Shown here one piece after another: positions 16,941 through 25,425 of a stretch of DNA of 25,633 nt. Origin of the DNA: a virus (lineage: Duplodnaviria; Caudoviricetes). How positions within the stretch are numbered: the first letter of the stretch is position 1; every line of letters begins with the position of its first letter. The translations under genes were made by a program, and so were the position numbers. The stretch is from the IMG/VR virus record IMGVR_UViG_3300045998_000057, positions 1-25,633 of that record; one strand, 5' to 3'. The notes beneath the pieces are model-generated. The model searched no databases. It was not told the DNA's origin and worked only from the letters and a program-made list of their open reading frames with translations.

Positions 16941-17161
16941 CAGACGCCTCGCTTCTCGCCGGGGCCGGCCGTGGCCTGCTCGACGACCGGACCGCTCGAG
17001 CGCAGCCGGACCGGGCCGAAGAGCTCGGACCAGCGACGCACCACGGGATCGTCGGCCGGGAACAGGTCGCCGCGGACGATGTTGATCTCGGTCTTGCCGA
17101 GGCGCCCGGTGAATGACTCGAGCGCCACCATGACCTGCGGATCTGCTGCCGCCCTTGCCAT
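16940..17161 (-). CDS. 73-aa post-capsid protein
   Basis: GGAGG RBS before MARAAADPQ...; ends in VEQATAGPGEKR, a tail often seen on genes following capsid genes. Confidence 0.75.
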   Translation of the reverse strand: MARAAADPQVMVALESFTGRLGKTEINIVRGDLFPADDPVVRRWSELFGPVRLRSSGPVVEQATAGPGEKRGV

Positions 17162-17181
17162 GCGGGTACCTCCGGGGGTTG

Positions 17182-17210
17182 GGGGCGGGGGCCGGGAGGG
17201 CCCCCGCCCC
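17182..17210. terminator. GC hairpin after major capsid gene
   Basis: ggggcgggggcc (17182-17193) pairs with ggcccccgcccc (17199-17210), 7 nt past the capsid stop. No U-tract. Confidence 0.6.
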
Positions 17211-17217
17211 GTCGGGA

Positions 17218-19521
17218 TTACTGGACCTTGAGCTGGCGGCCGGCGTCCGCGTTGACCACGCGGGCGGTGTTGCGCCAGAAGGCGTAGATGCCGATCTCGC
17301 CGGTCGGGAAGGACGGCGTGGCGCCGTTGAGCATGTCGGGGATGACCTTGATGCTCATGCCCACCCGGTCGAGGATCAGGTAGCGGGACGGGTCGAACAG
17401 GACGCCGTTGATCGTGGCGTCGGTCGTCGGCGTCCACGGGATGGACGGCGCCTCCCACAGCGGGTAGCCGATGAGGGTGAGTCCGGTGTTGGAGTTGACC
17501 GGATCCGGCCGGCCGAAGCGGCCGACGTTGGGGTAGCCGACCCCGTTGAACAGCTGGCCGTACGCCGTCTCCCAGCCCTGGGCGGCCCGGATGCCCTTGC
17601 GGGTCATCATCCAGATCGCGTTAGCCCGGTAACGGAGCGGCAGCCCGGCCTCCACGAGGAACAGGTCGCCGACCGCGGTCGTGTCGTTGGTGGCCGTGGT
17701 CACCGCGGTGAAGGCCCCGTCGAGGGCGACGCCCTGCGGGTAGACCGTGGTGCCGACGCCCACGGCGAACTGGTTCTCCTCGAGGTTGTCCTTGGCCTCC
17801 TGGAACAGCCCGGCGAGGTCGGAGTCGAGGCCCGGGCGGTCCTGCGCCATCTCGTAGCTGACGGTGACGAACGCGTGCGCCCGCTTGGCGATGAACTCCG
17901 GCCGGGCGAACGTCGGGCCCTGCTCCGTGGCCGCGGCGGCCTCGAGGGCATAGGCCGCGGTGATCGCCGTGGCGGTGAGCACCTGATAGGTGTCCGTGCC
18001 GACGATGGTCTCGACGCGGCAGACCTGCCGGAAGGGGTTGAGGGTCGTGTGCGCGCCGATGGCGAGCACGGTGGGGTCGAAGGCGTACGGGACGGCGTAG
18101 CCGCCGGTGCCGTCGACACCGACCGCGAGCGCTGTGCCGCGCTCCGCGCCGCCGGTGCGGACGTAGCGCGCGAAGTCGCGCCGGTACTGGGGGCTGCCGG
18201 TGGTGATGATCCGGCGGGCGAACTCCTTGTCCTCGGTGTCGCGGTAGTCGAGGAAGGTGGTCAGGCCGCTGCGGAAGCCGTCCTGGTCGGCGGACGGGTG
18301 CGGGCTCACCACCTGCTCCACGGCGCGCATCGCGTTGTCGCGGAGCTTCTGGTCGCGCTGCTCGCGGGTCGAGCTGCTGCGCTCGATCGCGGTCAGGTCG
18401 TAGATGTCGGCCTCGGACGGCCGGCGGATGACGGCCGGTGCGGCGCCGACGCGGACCTGGGTGGCCGCGTCCTGGCGGGCCGCCTCGTCGACGAGGCGCT
18501 GCTGCCGCTCGTCCCAGGCATTGATGTCGGCCTTGAGCCGGTCGAGCTCGGCGGTCTGGTTGTCCCAACGAGCCTGCGCCTCGTCGGGCAGGACGCCGGG
18601 GTACTCGACCGCGAGCGCCGCGAGGGCATCGCGGAGCTCGGTGACTCGCGCGGCCTTCTCGTCACGGGTGACGTATTCCACGGTTGATGTCTCCTTGTGG
18701 TCTGGCTTGCTGGGCGGCACCGGCTCGTCGCGGCGCTCCGGCTCGAGGTGCGGCGCATCGGCCGCGGCGTCGAGGGAGGGTGCTACCGGCGGGGTGGGGA
18801 TGGGGCGCATCTCGTCGGTCATCGACCGCAGAGACGCGGACGCCTGCGCATAGGCAGGCCAGGTGACGGGGCCGAGCTCGAACAGCCGGGCCTCGCTGAT
18901 GGTGCGTTCGGGGAGCTTGTTGGGGTTGTGCGGGCCGCCAACCGGGCGGTCTTCCCACTTCTCGCGGATCACGCTGAACCGGTGAGAGGCACCATAGACG
19001 CCCTTGCGGAGGCCGTCGACCACGAGCTCGGGGAGCCCGTCGAGGATGCGACCACGGGCGAATGGGCTCGTCTCGTCCTCGCCGACCTCGTCGGTGGTGG
19101 CGATCGGCTTCTCGCCGATGGCCGGGTCCTTGCCATGCTGGAACAGGATCTTGGGCGGGTGCTCGGCCATCGTCTTGCGGTAGGCCGTCCGGGTGAACCG
19201 CTCGAGGAAGTGGCCCTCGCTCTGGGACTGGATCTCCGCCCATTGGTCGTGCGGCGCGAGCCGGATGGTCAGGGTCTTGCCGTCCTCGGACGTGATCCCG
19301 CCCTGCATCGCTCGGTACAGGTCATCGCGTGGAGCGTGGTGGATCGGGTCATCGGTCATGGGCGGATCCTCCGTGGAACGCGGCTCGTTCGCATACAGCG
19401 CGGCGAGTTGGGCCTTGGCTTTCTCCTTGTCGGGGTGGCAGCCGACGACCTTGCCATCGGCGTCCTTGACGACGGCCACGCCGGAGCACTCCGGGTTGTC
19501 AGTCTCCAGGTGCCACGGCAT
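17218..19521 (-). CDS. HK97-type prohead protease - major capsid protein fusion
   Basis: Protease motifs ILFQHGKD, GASHRFSV and LFELGPVTWPAY; coiled-coil delta domain; capsid motifs TGGYAVP, NPFRQVC, GEIGIYAFWR. ATG at 19521 has a GGAG RBS. Confidence 0.93.
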   Translation of the reverse strand: MPWHLETDNPECSGVAVVKDADGKVVGCHPDKEKAKAQLAALYANEPRSTEDPPMTDDPIHHAPRDDLYRAMQGGITSEDGKTLTIRLAPHDQWAEIQSQSEGHFLERFTRTAYRKTMAEHPPKILFQHGKDPAIGEKPIATTDEVGEDETSPFARGRILDGLPELVVDGLRKGVYGASHRFSVIREKWEDRPVGGPHNPNKLPERTISEARLFELGPVTWPAYAQASASLRSMTDEMRPIPTPPVAPSLDAAADAPHLEPERRDEPVPPSKPDHKETSTVEYVTRDEKAARVTELRDALAALAVEYPGVLPDEAQARWDNQTAELDRLKADINAWDERQQRLVDEAARQDAATQVRVGAAPAVIRRPSEADIYDLTAIERSSSTREQRDQKLRDNAMRAVEQVVSPHPSADQDGFRSGLTTFLDYRDTEDKEFARRIITTGSPQYRRDFARYVRTGGAERGTALAVGVDGTGGYAVPYAFDPTVLAIGAHTTLNPFRQVCRVETIVGTDTYQVLTATAITAAYALEAAAATEQGPTFARPEFIAKRAHAFVTVSYEMAQDRPGLDSDLAGLFQEAKDNLEENQFAVGVGTTVYPQGVALDGAFTAVTTATNDTTAVGDLFLVEAGLPLRYRANAIWMMTRKGIRAAQGWETAYGQLFNGVGYPNVGRFGRPDPVNSNTGLTLIGYPLWEAPSIPWTPTTDATINGVLFDPSRYLILDRVGMSIKVIPDMLNGATPSFPTGEIGIYAFWRNTARVVNADAGRQLKVQ

Positions 19522-19693
19522 CGTCGTCTCCATCAATCACGGCAGAGCGGTGATTTAGAAAGTCTGCCCATTCGGAGAATGTGGGGTCCTCCGGCCCGAT
19601 CTCGACCATGCCATCGCCAATCAGTCCATTCGGGCCCTCGGCCCTGAATGGCACGAGTAGACGACCATTCGGCAGCACTTGTGCGGTGGTCAT
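19499..19693 (-). CDS. 64-aa acidic protein coupled to the portal-peptidase (candidate immunity/inhibitor)
   Basis: ATGA overlap with the portal stop; MTTAQVLPNGRLLVPFRAEGPNGLIGDGMVEIGPEDPTFSEW...; shares the atypical codon usage of the peptidase domain. Confidence 0.65.
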   Translation of the reverse strand: MTTAQVLPNGRLLVPFRAEGPNGLIGDGMVEIGPEDPTFSEWADFLNHRSAVIDGDDDAVAPGD

Positions 19694-21789
19694 TTGTCGT
19701 TCCTGATCGCGAAGATCTTCATCCAATCGTCTACCTGAGAGGAGATCGCGGTTCCATAGGTCTTGGCTACTGCGGAATTACCCCACTTGACGTGGATGGC
19801 GAACACCTCGGCCCACATCTCCTGGGCCCCCGCGTTGCCTGGTTGCCGGAAATAAGGCGACACCCCGGGTCTACTCTTCGCCATTTCCCATGCCGTCGAC
19901 CATTCGATGCTCGATGAGATGCCGCCGTAGTGATCCATCGCATGTCCCAGCTCGTGGAGCATGAGGCTGGTCGAGCCGTGTGCGCTCGTGTCCCCGGCAA
20001 ACACGAGGTTGGCATCGGGATCGAACACCCCCGGCACATCCTTCCATGTGGACTCGGCAGACCATCCACGCGGCTTCCCCTTAAGCCCCAACTTGGAGGA
20101 CGGAGCAGCGCTGATTGCGATCTTCCCGCCGCCGTCGACAAACGTCCGTAAAACTCCCGGCGGCACATCACCCAGATCGCGGAGGTGACGCACGACCTTT
20201 GGATCATCCCCGTTCTCCACCGTTAGCGAAGAACCGAGGATCTTGATCGCCTGCCGCGTTCCGAGAGACACATACGGCACGTCAGTGGTCGTCGCCGTGT
20301 TTCCCTTCGGGTGACCACCCTCAGACTTCTTGCCGCCTGACCAGGCACCGTAGTAGTGGTCATCCTCGTCGGTTGCACGGTCATCGAAAGGGTCGTCCGA
20401 TGCACCCCGTTTCGGTGCGGCGTTCTTGTCGGTCGTGACGTCCGCTGGGTTGATCGGCACCGATGACGGCCCGCCCTTGGCGAGCGCGCCATTGGGGATC
20501 TGGTCGGACGGGACGCCCTCCGGCATCGGCGGGCGGAGCTGGACGCTGTAGAGGTTGGTGTGCTCGAGGCGCGACAGGTCGCCAGACTTGATCGCCTCGA
20601 TGACGGATGCCGGGACGAAGCCGGCGTCGACGTACTGGCGGATCGCGCTGGCGTGCTGGGCCTGGACGGCCGCGGCGTCGCTGATGTCGTCCTTGAGCGC
20701 CGGGATGTCCTGGTCGTTGTACCACAGCTGGGCGCCGTTCTCGGCGGGGACGAGCTTGGCGAGCGAGCCGGCGGCGTTGCGCCACCTCGGGCGCATCGTG
20801 AGGTCCGCGAACCGCCGCATGCTGGCGGCGAAGTTGCCGGCGTTGAGGCTCGATCCCGACAGGCCCTCGGAGAAGCCGGCCACCACCGGCGGCACGCCGG
20901 CCGCCGCGGCGATGCGCGTCTCGCCGGCGCCCTGCGTGGCCTTGAACTCGAGCTGCTGGAGGTCCTTGCCCACGACCTGCGCCTGCGCGCCGGCGCCGAG
21001 GTACATCGTCTTGTAGGCGTTGGACACGCCGCCGTACTTGTCGTCGAACTTCTCGATCCACTCCTTCCACGCGGTGCCGGTGATCGCCGGGTCGAGCGAG
21101 ACGATCATGTTGGGCGTGGCGCCGTTCTCGAAGAAGCGCAGCTTGTGCTCCGTGGCGGCGAAGTCCGCCGACACCTCGCGGGCGAGGACGCGCAGCCAGC
21201 CCACCCCCCGGAAGGGGGCCAGCGGGTCCGGCGTCGGCATGTAGTGCGCCACCTGCGACCACTGGAACGGCTCGGCCTCGAGGCCCGAGTTGCGCCCGCC
21301 GGGGTGGTAGATGATGCCGATCGGCACGGCGCGCGAGGTCCGGTTGTCGGCGCCGAGGACGATGGTGACCCAGTCCGGCCGCGGCTGGAACAGGGTGCTC
21401 TCGTCGAGGCGCACGACGAAGGCGTTGCCGGCGAGATCCTCCTGCTGGCTCATCCGGCCCAGCAGGTCGCCGGTCGTGCCGCCCGGCCACGGCCTCGTCA
21501 GGAGGTCGAGGGCCGGCTTGCTGAACAGGTCCCCGGGCCGCCCGTTGCGGATCTGCCGGTAGAGGAACGTGGCCTCGGAGAACAGCGACATCCGCGCCTG
21601 GACGCAGGCGTAGACGATGGGGTTCTCGAGGTACGCCTGCGACAGCCCGCCGTAGCTCGTCTCGATCTCGAGCTGCTTGCCGCCCGGCAGCGTCTGCGGG
21701 AGGTTGTACAGGGGATAGGTGAGGCCGTTGAAGTTGACGGTCTCGCGCGGGCCCGATGGCCAGAGCATCGAACGGAGCAAATTGGTCAC
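19690..21789 (-). CDS. HK97-family portal protein fused to C-terminal HExxH zinc metallopeptidase
   Basis: Residues ~1-420 are portal (NPIVYACV, LAGNAF, RFFENGATP, IAAAAGVPPVVAG). After a linker come LMLHELGHAMD and QEMWAEVFA. Confidence 0.92.
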   Translation of the reverse strand: MTNLLRSMLWPSGPRETVNFNGLTYPLYNLPQTLPGGKQLEIETSYGGLSQAYLENPIVYACVQARMSLFSEATFLYRQIRNGRPGDLFSKPALDLLTRPWPGGTTGDLLGRMSQQEDLAGNAFVVRLDESTLFQPRPDWVTIVLGADNRTSRAVPIGIIYHPGGRNSGLEAEPFQWSQVAHYMPTPDPLAPFRGVGWLRVLAREVSADFAATEHKLRFFENGATPNMIVSLDPAITGTAWKEWIEKFDDKYGGVSNAYKTMYLGAGAQAQVVGKDLQQLEFKATQGAGETRIAAAAGVPPVVAGFSEGLSGSSLNAGNFAASMRRFADLTMRPRWRNAAGSLAKLVPAENGAQLWYNDQDIPALKDDISDAAAVQAQHASAIRQYVDAGFVPASVIEAIKSGDLSRLEHTNLYSVQLRPPMPEGVPSDQIPNGALAKGGPSSVPINPADVTTDKNAAPKRGASDDPFDDRATDEDDHYYGAWSGGKKSEGGHPKGNTATTTDVPYVSLGTRQAIKILGSSLTVENGDDPKVVRHLRDLGDVPPGVLRTFVDGGGKIAISAAPSSKLGLKGKPRGWSAESTWKDVPGVFDPDANLVFAGDTSAHGSTSLMLHELGHAMDHYGGISSSIEWSTAWEMAKSRPGVSPYFRQPGNAGAQEMWAEVFAIHVKWGNSAVAKTYGTAISSQVDDWMKIFAIRNDK

Positions 21790-21944
21790 TTGTCCACCTC
21801 GATGCCGAGCAGGCCGGCGGCGGCGAGCGCGAGGCCCGCGAGGATGATGGCGGCGGGGAGATAGACGAGCGCCACGCCCGCCACGACGAGCGTGCAGCCG
21901 AGGGCCACCAGCGCGAGCGCCTGTCGTCTACGGGTCAGCGCCAT
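21786..21944 (-). CDS. 52-aa two-TM membrane protein
   Basis: Hand translation MALTRRRQALALVALGCTLVVAGVALVYLPAAIILAGLALAAAGLLGIEVDK; GTGA overlap with the portal start. Confidence 0.8.
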   Translation of the reverse strand: MALTRRRQALALVALGCTLVVAGVALVYLPAAIILAGLALAAAGLLGIEVDK

Positions 21945-23536
21945 GCGATCAGTACCTCGGAAGGGGCGGGTTGTTCAGGCATCGTCAATGCCGCCTCATG
22001 GGCTAGGACATCGGCCACCGCGCCGTCAATGCGCCGCCGGTCATCGCCTTTGATGAGCACGTACTTGGTGCGTCCGTCGGCCTCGTCCTCGGCCGCCCGG
22101 ACCTTGCGAAGATGGGCGGCCTTGACGTGCTCTGCCGTCAGCGGGTCGCCGTCGTGCGTGTGCGTCCCCTCGCGCAGGGCCGTCAGCCATCGGTCAACGG
22201 CCGGCGCGAACCGACTGGGTTGGTTGGTGTCAAGCGCGACCACGATGGCCTCTCCGTAGGCTGCGGCCCACGCCTCAACTTCTGATCGCCAGAACGGCGG
22301 GTCGCAGTACATCCGCCCGACTGAATAGTGCTCGAACGCCCACGCGACTCGCTCGTTGACCTCGATGCGGTTGACGGACCAGTCGAGCGGAGCCCCGGGC
22401 GGACGCTGCCACGATCCGACAATGAAGCCGTAGCCGTCGGCGGTGCAGCCGCGGAGAAATGTGGCGTCATGGCTGATGGAGCCATCGAAGCCGAGCGCGA
22501 TGTATGCCCCATCGGGGACGTCGCGGGGCTTTGCCAGCGCATCCCATAGTCGCGGGTCGACAGCCCGACCGCTGCCCGCGCTGCGGATGTTGAAGTAGTA
22601 GCGGAGCGTGTCGTCCCAGCTGGTGGCCGGGTCGCGGATCTCAGCGATCAGCCGGCGGCGGTCGATCCACCAGGCGTCACCGTAGGCTTCATCAAGGCTC
22701 GCGATGAGCCGCTCGTCCGTCCAGTCGGGATCAGGATCGACCGCCGGTCGTCGCGCGTAAAGCATCACGCCGGGATCGAGCCCGGTCTGCTCGGCGACGG
22801 ATTTCTCGCCCAGCGTCGGCGCATTGGTCGTTTCCATCGTCCGGCCGCCCATCTTGGCGGCATTGCGCCGGAGCGTGCCCGCCAGCCGCACCCCGCCATT
22901 GCGTCGGAGCCAGAGGTGCGTCTCGTCAAGGACCGCGAACGTCACCCGCTGGCCCTCGCGGCTGCCAGCTGAGGCTGTGACCGGCTCGAGAACGCCGGGC
23001 TTGCCGCGCAGGTAGAGCCGCGTTCGTCCGTCGTCGATCCCGAGCTCCCGGGCCGCCCGGTGGTCGTTGGCGACGAGCATCTCGTACAGCGCGTGGTAGG
23101 TGTTGTCGGTCTGATCTTCGGACACGGCGGCAATCTGGACCCACGGGTTGTGCCACGCCCGCCCTACCGGCTGGTGGTATTCGTCCCAGTGATCGAACAG
23201 GACCGGCCCGGCGAACTCGGCCAGTGCGATGGCCGCGGCGAGCGGGGATTTACCCCAACCCTTCGCCATTTCCATCGCGCCGCGGCGGTGGAGAAACTCG
23301 CCGGTATCCCGATCGACGGCGTACCAGCGCAGCACGAGCCACGCCTGCTCATCGGTCAGGATCAGCGGCTTGGTCTGGTCGACCGGGCTCGGCAGATAGC
23401 GCGCCATCCATTCGAGGACGCCCCAGCCGAGCGTCGGACCGACAAACCGACCGGGAGTCGACGATCGAACGGGAACGTTCTTAACTGGTCTGCGGCGGGT
23501 GGTCGGTTGTGCTTCGGCGACCAAGCTATCCGTCAT
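21935..23536 (-). CDS. terL: terminase large subunit
   Basis: Walker A MAKGWGKS, Walker B FAVLDETH, nuclease motifs LGFDGSISHDAT and RIDGAVA. Start position uncertain. Confidence 0.95.
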   Translation of the reverse strand: MTDSLVAEAQPTTRRRPVKNVPVRSSTPGRFVGPTLGWGVLEWMARYLPSPVDQTKPLILTDEQAWLVLRWYAVDRDTGEFLHRRGAMEMAKGWGKSPLAAAIALAEFAGPVLFDHWDEYHQPVGRAWHNPWVQIAAVSEDQTDNTYHALYEMLVANDHRAARELGIDDGRTRLYLRGKPGVLEPVTASAGSREGQRVTFAVLDETHLWLRRNGGVRLAGTLRRNAAKMGGRTMETTNAPTLGEKSVAEQTGLDPGVMLYARRPAVDPDPDWTDERLIASLDEAYGDAWWIDRRRLIAEIRDPATSWDDTLRYYFNIRSAGSGRAVDPRLWDALAKPRDVPDGAYIALGFDGSISHDATFLRGCTADGYGFIVGSWQRPPGAPLDWSVNRIEVNERVAWAFEHYSVGRMYCDPPFWRSEVEAWAAAYGEAIVVALDTNQPSRFAPAVDRWLTALREGTHTHDGDPLTAEHVKAAHLRKVRAAEDEADGRTKYVLIKGDDRRRIDGAVADVLAHEAALTMPEQPAPSEVLIAWR

Positions 23537-24014
23537 TGATGACACGCAGGTGCCCGTAATGGCCCGGGCCATTGTCGACAGCCGCCGGCGCCGCTTGCTC
23601 GGCCCCTGTGATCCTGATGCCGAGCCGCTGCCTGGCGGTTGGTGTCAAGCCGAACTCGTTCTCCAGGCGCAGGATGACGCCCTCGAGCTTCATCACGTGA
23701 TCGGCGAGCGGGTTGGTGCGGATCTGCCCCGTCGAGCCCTTGACGACGAGGGCCATGCGGACCACGTCCATCGAGCGCGCGTGCTGGTCGTAGAGGTCGA
23801 ACAGGCGCCGGATCGCCGGAGCGTCCACATCGAGGACGACGCGCGCCATGTCGCTGGCCCAGTACGCCTCCCACGCTGCGACCGTGACCGGCAGCCAGGA
23901 CTCGTGCGGCTTGCGCCCGACCAGCGGGGTAGACGGCGGGACGGATTGCGGCTTGCGCTTGCGATGCCCCATGATCGCGTCCGCGGGCTTGGGCATCGGC
24001 CCTCTACTACCCAT
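23526..24014 (-). CDS. terS: terminase small subunit (P27-family-like)
   Basis: MGSRGPMPKP...GSTGQIRTNPL...EFGLTPTARQRL; GGAG RBS before ATG 24014. Confidence 0.92.
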   Translation of the reverse strand: MGSRGPMPKPADAIMGHRKRKPQSVPPSTPLVGRKPHESWLPVTVAAWEAYWASDMARVVLDVDAPAIRRLFDLYDQHARSMDVVRMALVVKGSTGQIRTNPLADHVMKLEGVILRLENEFGLTPTARQRLGIRITGAEQAAPAAVDNGPGHYGHLRVINDG

Positions 24015-24062
24015 AGCGCCTAGCTCCGCATTGACATCGGTAACGACCACAGACGGGACAGG

Positions 24063-25316
24063 TCACGGCAGCCGCTCCGACGTACGGCCGGTGAAGTCCT
24101 CCCACCGCTTGATCGCCACAGCGACGTAGCGCGGGTCGAGCTCCATCGCAAAGCAGCGGCGTCCGAGTTGCTCGGCCGCGATGATGGTCGAGCCGGAGCC
24201 GGAGAAGGGATCCACGATGACCTCGGAGGCACGCGAGGAGTTACGGATCGGAACTTGCAGCAGTTCGACTGGCTTCTGGGTCGGATGCTGGTAGTCTCGC
24301 CCGGACTCACTGGCCACGTGCAGCGTGGATACCTGGGAGCGGTCGCCGTACCAGTTGGCCGGCTGTCCTTTCTGCGCCCCGTAGAGCATCGGCTCGTGTT
24401 GATGCTTGTAGTGGGCGAAGTTGAATCCGGGCCTGGATTTCACCCACACCAACTCAGCCCTCGGCTCGAGACCGGCGGCGTCGTAGGCGGCGAAGACCTC
24501 TGGCGCGCGAAGGCTGGCGAAGCAGCAATAGACCGGCGCCCCGTGGTCGAGATGCGCGATGTTGGTCACTAGGAAGCGCGTCCAGAAGGCGGTCAGCGCT
24601 TCACCTACCAACTCGTCATCCGCGATGGCGTCGAACCTCGGCTTCAGCGCTCCGGCCCGCTTCCTGGCGAGTTTCTCCGGCCCCCACGCACCAGAGCCGG
24701 TATCGCGGTAGGCCACCCCATAGGGCGGGTCGGTTACCATGGCTGCCGCCCTCTGGCCGTCCATCAGCCGAGCGACGTCCTCGGCCTTCGTCGAGTCACC
24801 GCACATCAGCCGGTGGTCGCCGAGCGCGAACAGGTCGCCAAGGTGAACGTTCGACTCGTCGCCCAGCGGCGGCGCGTCGTCGGGGTCCGTGAGCCCCACG
24901 GTTCCCTTCAGCGGCGCGAGGTCGGCCAGCAGCGTCGTCAGACCCGCGTCGTCGACGGCGATCCCGCTCAGCAACTCGTGGAGCCGCTCGTCGTCACGGG
25001 TCGCCATGGCGCCGATGGGATCGAGCACGGCGAGAACAAGCGCCTCCTCCTCGGGTTCGAGGTCAACGTAGAGCACCGGGACGGTAGGTTCGCCGCGAGA
25101 CAGCGCTTCCTCTATGCGCGCGTGGCCGTCGATGACGTACCCCGTGCGGCGATTGACCATGACCTGCTGGACCCACCCGACCTCACCGAGCGAACCACGC
25201 AATGCGTTGCGCTGGCCGGCCGGATGCGTGCGCCAGTTGGCCGGGTTGGCGACCAGCTGGTCGGGCGCCTCCTCGCCGGTGCCAATGATGCGGTTGCGCC
25301 AAGCTGCGGCGGTCAT
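24063..25316 (-). CDS. ParB-like domain - N6/N4 DNA methyltransferase (beta class) fusion
   Basis: N-terminal LVANPANWRTHP...VIDGHAR; then GDHRLMCGDS, TDPPY, HPTQKPVEL and DPFSGSGST. GGAG RBS before ATG 25316. Confidence 0.92.
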   Translation of the reverse strand: MTAAAWRNRIIGTGEEAPDQLVANPANWRTHPAGQRNALRGSLGEVGWVQQVMVNRRTGYVIDGHARIEEALSRGEPTVPVLYVDLEPEEEALVLAVLDPIGAMATRDDERLHELLSGIAVDDAGLTTLLADLAPLKGTVGLTDPDDAPPLGDESNVHLGDLFALGDHRLMCGDSTKAEDVARLMDGQRAAAMVTDPPYGVAYRDTGSGAWGPEKLARKRAGALKPRFDAIADDELVGEALTAFWTRFLVTNIAHLDHGAPVYCCFASLRAPEVFAAYDAAGLEPRAELVWVKSRPGFNFAHYKHQHEPMLYGAQKGQPANWYGDRSQVSTLHVASESGRDYQHPTQKPVELLQVPIRNSSRASEVIVDPFSGSGSTIIAAEQLGRRCFAMELDPRYVAVAIKRWEDFTGRTSERLP

Positions 25317-25425
25317 TGCGGGGTCTCCAAAAGGCGGGAGAACTCGGGCACATTGCGAGAGATCGGGCAGCGGGGTCCGTAGCCCCTCTGAGCACCCGTA
25401 GGCACCCCTCCCCCCTGTCTGCCCT
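25317..25425. other. putative cos/packaging-site region
   Basis: Non-coding gap right after the HNH gene containing GGGGGGAGGGG (minus strand, ~25415-25405); typical position for HK97-like cos phages. Confidence 0.5.

Noticed and set aside
17162-17458. Extended 172-aa ORF or capsid frameshift extension
   Set aside because: The upstream part overlaps the capsid gene out of frame, a good RBS precedes ATG 17161, a hairpin intervenes, and no slippery site was seen.
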